In this document: in pieces, positions 60,264 through 64,000 of the stretch
Layout: each line of letters opens with the position of its first letter
Position numbering within the stretch: the stretch's first letter is position 1
NCBI RefSeq assembly: GCF_006345805.1
Contig: NC_043020.1
Location: 5,270,001-5,334,000, forward strand
Source: Octopus sinensis
Lineage: Eukaryota
Reading direction: 5' to 3'
DNA: 64,000 nucleotides
Notes under the pieces: generated by a model
What the model saw: the letters and a program-made list of their open reading frames with translations, nothing else
Told to the model about the DNA's origin: nothing
Database searches by the model: none
Translations under genes and position numbers: made by a program

Positions 60264-61506
60264 AGATCTTTTCCCTTTGAACGGCAGATCGAGAAATTAA
60301 TTTTTTGTAACCAAACACTTTCAAACTTCGTATAGTGGTAGAATGTGTCATATAAAACATCTTTTACTCTTAGTGTTGTTGAGAAAAGTTTCTATTTTCA
60401 AAGTTACTAGCACTATGACCCGGCAATAGTGCATGCATATACAGCTGCGTTCGTGCGCACATACACGCGAGTACTGTCCAAATCTCCGACCAGTCACATA
60501 CAACTAGCAAGCTTTCAACTGGCGTATCAAGTTTCGGGCATTTTGATGGGGTTTTGGATAGAAAATTCTCAAAAAAAGTCACTTCTATTGATTTTTTAAT
60601 GGCTTTGCGGGGTGACTGGGGAAATGTAAAGATGTGCACGACCACCCTTGGATGGATTTGAATAACCATAGAAAGTGCGAGCCCTCTAACTGAAAAATTG
60701 CGGATTTGTATAAAGGACATGCACGCAGACATTTTGCCGTTTATATATAGAGAGAGATTTCTAGTTAAAGTTCTGGTATTTCGGTAATTTCAACCAATCA
60801 ATGACGTGTATTCAGCTGAATAAAATTACTGCTGTTGTTTGTCAACAACAACTGTCAGCAGTGTATATTTCGTTTGTCACTGTTATTTATGAACTCAGAA
60901 CATACTCAGTTACGTTCGTATGAATAAATGAGTTTATCTGAAGGAATATTTACTTCATGGCACCACCATAATCGTTCGTGCATTTCTACTGCTTCTAGAA
61001 TTTTTTTCCTGTTTCACAGCTTCTATTTTCGGAAAGGCTTTTTTGCCACCACCCCTCTCCAATTTCTTCAGTTTTCACTTTTTTCCGTAACTCTAACCCT
61101 AAAACCTCAACACTAACCCTAACTCCCAAACCCTAACCCTAACCCTAAAACCACAACACTAACCCTAAAACCATAACCCTAACCCTAAAACCACAACACT
61201 AACCTTAAAACCACAACACTAACCCTAAAACCACAACACTAACCCTAAAACCATAACCCTAAAACCTCAACACTAACACTAAAACCATAACCCTAACTCC
61301 AAAACCCTAACCCTAAAACCACAACACTAACCCTAAAACCATAACCCTAACCCTAAAACCACAACACTAACCCTAAAACCATAACCCTAACCCTAACTCC
61401 AAAACCCTAACCCTAAAACCACAACACTAACCCTAACTCCAAAACCCTAACCCTAACCCTAAAACCACAACACTAACCCTAAAACCTTAACCCTAACCCT
61501 AAAACC
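60264..61506. mobile_element. Composite: reverse-oriented longer relative of the 17000 MITE, containing a Helitron-type insert (60408-60757) and a telomere-like array
   Basis: AGATCTTTTCCCTTTGAACGGCAG end and AAACTTCGTATAGTGGTAGAATGTG match the MITE. The insert has CTAG / TC ends at A^T, and MITE homology resumes with AATTTCAACCAATCAATGACGT. Confidence 0.75.
61093..61506. repeat. Interstitial telomere-like array (CCCTAA with AAACCACAACACTAA, AAACCATAA and CTCCAAAA variants)
   Basis: Direct reading, about 414 bp. Confidence 0.93.
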
Positions 61507-61606
61507 AGGTAAGTCAAATTGTTATTAAATACATCATTTGCACTAAATATGACCGATTTAAATGCTAAAGGTTTAACAGTTGGAATTTGGACAGAAAATT
61601 ATTTAC

Positions 61607-61795
61607 TCTCTTTGCCCTTTTGAGCTGCAGGTATATTTGTGATATCCCTCATGGTTGTCGAGTGGTCCTGTCTTGTAAGAGTGGGTGTAGATTCCTGGTC
61701 AGAAGAATTAAGGGTAAGGTCAAGGGAATCGGTGGGTTCCGCAGTCTCGACTGGTGGGTGAGGTTCCAACAAGACATTCAAGTCACTCTTCAACT
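61607..61795 (-). CDS. CEP295: CEP295-like exon
   Basis: ELKSDLNVLLEPHPPVETAEPTDSLDLTL resembles the recalled CEP295 VKGNLILHLEPEPLP..ELDLS; phase 1/1. Confidence 0.82.
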
Positions 61796-62264
61796 CTGGA
61801 GAGAAAGACAAAGAAAAAAAAATTGGTAAAAGTTTATTCCACATATTTCCCCTCTCAAATTCACACACTTATTGCAGTGGTCCTTCAGTTTTGCTAAGTC
61901 TTGTAAAAGAACTTGGAAAGTTGGGCCCCCAGCCAGGCCTTTTGTGAAACGCTTAAAGCCAGGAACTTTGCAGATCTTTGTACAAGTTAGTAAGAATCAA
62001 GCATGTACACAACTTGTATAGATGACAAAAAAGCAGGAGTGGCTGTGTGGTAAGTAGCTTGCTTGCCAACCACATGTTTCCGGGCTCAGTCCCACTGCGT
62101 GGCACCTTGGGCAAGTGTCTTCTATTATAGCCTAGGGCCGACCAAAGCCTTGTGAGTGGATTTGGTTGACGGAAACTGAAAGAAGCCTGTCGTATATATG
62201 TATATATATGTGTGTTTGTGTGTCTGTGCTTGAACCTCCAACATCACTTGACAAACGATATTGG

Positions 62265-62323
<59 letters not shown>

Positions 62324-62937
62324 CACATATACATATATACGATGGGCTTCTTTCAGTTTCCGTCTACCAAATCCACTCACAAGGCTTTGTTCGGCCTGAG
62401 GCTATAGTAGAAGACAATTGCCCAAGGTGCCACACAGTGGGACTGAACCCAGAAGCATGCGGTTGGGAAGCAAGCACCTTACCATACAGTCATGCCTGCA
62501 CCTATGTATGTATGTATGTATGTATGTATATATGTATGTGTATATATATATATATATATATCTCATCATCATCATCATTTAGCGTCCGTTTTCCATGCTA
62601 GCATGGGTTGGACGGTTTAACTGGGGTCTGTGAAGCTGGAAGGCTTCATCAGGCCCAGTCAGATTTGGCAGTGTTTCTACGGCTGGATGCCCTTCCTAAC
62701 GCCAACCACTCCGTGAGTGTAGTGGGTGCTTTTAAGCAGTGCCCCAGCATGGCTGCAGTTTAATGACTGAAACAAGCAAGACAAGACAAAAAAAAAATAG
62801 CTCCATCTCTTTCTACCAGAGACAAATCAGATGCTGGTGACAGAGATGTTTCATTAAAAAAAAAACATTCCACAGAACTCATTGCAAGCATTCAAAGAAT
62901 GAGAGGCAAGAAAAAGGATTTGAGAAGAAGCCGAGAC

Positions 62938-63040
62938 CTGTTTCGTTGCTGACGTAGATCTGTTCAAAGTCCTTCTCCATGAGCTTCTGTTTATTCTGTA
63001 AGTTCTCTTGGCGCTTGTAGGGAGGAAGGAACACCTGCTT
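62938..63040 (-). CDS. CEP295: CEP295-like exon (most 5' exon in the window; the gene continues past 64000)
   Basis: KQVFLPPYKRQENLQNKQKLMEKDFEQIYVSNET resembles the recalled CEP295 QLVELPYKR..ELEFAFEDMY; phase 0/1; donor GTCTCG is weak. Confidence 0.75.
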
Positions 63041-64000
63041 CTGGAAATGCAATTCGAAATACGGAAAGGGAAAGATATTAAATTAAGTTATAAAATAACG
63101 CAGAGAAATGTTAGTTTCAAAATTTGGGATGCGGCGGTGGGGGGGGGGGCATAGGAGTGAATTACATCAACCTCCCCCCGACCCAGTATTAGACTGGTAC
63201 TTCATTTATTTACCCACCAAAAAAAAAAAAAAAAATCTTTTTTTCTGTAGAAGTTTCTCGACCTCAACGAAATTTGAACTCAGAATGTAAGGATGGATGG
63301 AATGTTGCTAAGCATTTCGTCCGGCATGCCAATAATTCTGCCAGATCACTGCCTTAAATTTTGGCACAAGGTCAGCAATTTTGAGGGGAGAGGGTAAGTT
63401 GATTACATCTACCCCCAGTGATCAACTGCTACCTATTTATATCAAATCCGACAAGGTGTAAAGAGGACCCTGGTGGAATAAGATTTTGAATGCAAAGATG
63501 GGCAAGAAAAATATTGATTTCTTCATTGCCCACAGGGTGGGGGCTAAACAAGGACAGGCAAAGGGATTAAGTCGATTACATCAACTGCAGTGCGTAACTG
63601 GTACTTATTTAATCGACTCCAAAAGGATGAAAGGCAAAGTCGACCTCTGCAGAATTTAAACTCAGAACGTAAAGACAGACAAAATGCCGTTAAGCATTTT
63701 GCCTGGCATGCTAATGTTTCTGCCAGCTCTCTGCCTTAATGTGGAAAAATATTAAAAATCAAAAATATTGATGGAAAATGTGTACGACAATTAACAGAAA
63801 GGATGAAACACAAACAGAATTTGAACTCATTTTAACAGCCAATATTATTTTTCCTATGCAGAGTCATTATGATTTCGGTGCATAGGAAAAATTGGTATCA
63901 GTTGCCTGAAAGAGTATCCACCAGACAAAGCGAAAACAAAGACAAGTCTTATGATTAAAAACACAAAGAAAGTTACCGAAAACGGGAAGGTGGGGTGGGT

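Noticed and set aside
61093-61506. True chromosome end or fusion site
   Set aside because: Single orientation, degenerate units, and inside a phase-consistent gene.

Overview
AT-rich, repeat-dense animal DNA. An octopod cephalopod origin is inferred from the tRNA-derived SINE families and dense (TA)n/(CA)n/(TACA)n microsatellites. Three protein-coding genes could be built by hand. (1) An intronless 513-aa ORF on - (18852-20393) with a Cys/His-rich N-terminus and a TSSK/CAMK-like kinase domain that lacks the HRD and DFG aspartates (predicted pseudokinase). (2) A complete 7-exon BRCC3/BRCC36 JAMM deubiquitinase on + (22206-34591, 263 aa, all intron phases consistent), head-to-head with the kinase. 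(3) The 3' part of a CEP295/Ana1-like centriolar gene on - (9 exons, 63040 down to about 43850, about 1,960 codons including 3,359- and 1,642-nt exons); it begins beyond the right edge and seems to stop without an ALMS motif. The rest is decayed RTE and R4-type LINEs, Tc1/mariner remnants, at least four SINE families, TIR and Helitron-type MITEs, long palindromes, Penelope-type hammerhead-like motifs, minisatellites and one 100-N gap. Most short ORFs in the track are microsatellite or SINE artefacts. The main oddities are the pseudokinase, a 77-bp repeat that multiplies the BRCC3 terminal splice acceptor, the apparently truncated CEP295 with a coding repeat, and a telomere-like array that seems to have expanded inside a DNA transposon in a CEP295 intron. 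All calls come from manual reading; no searches were run.
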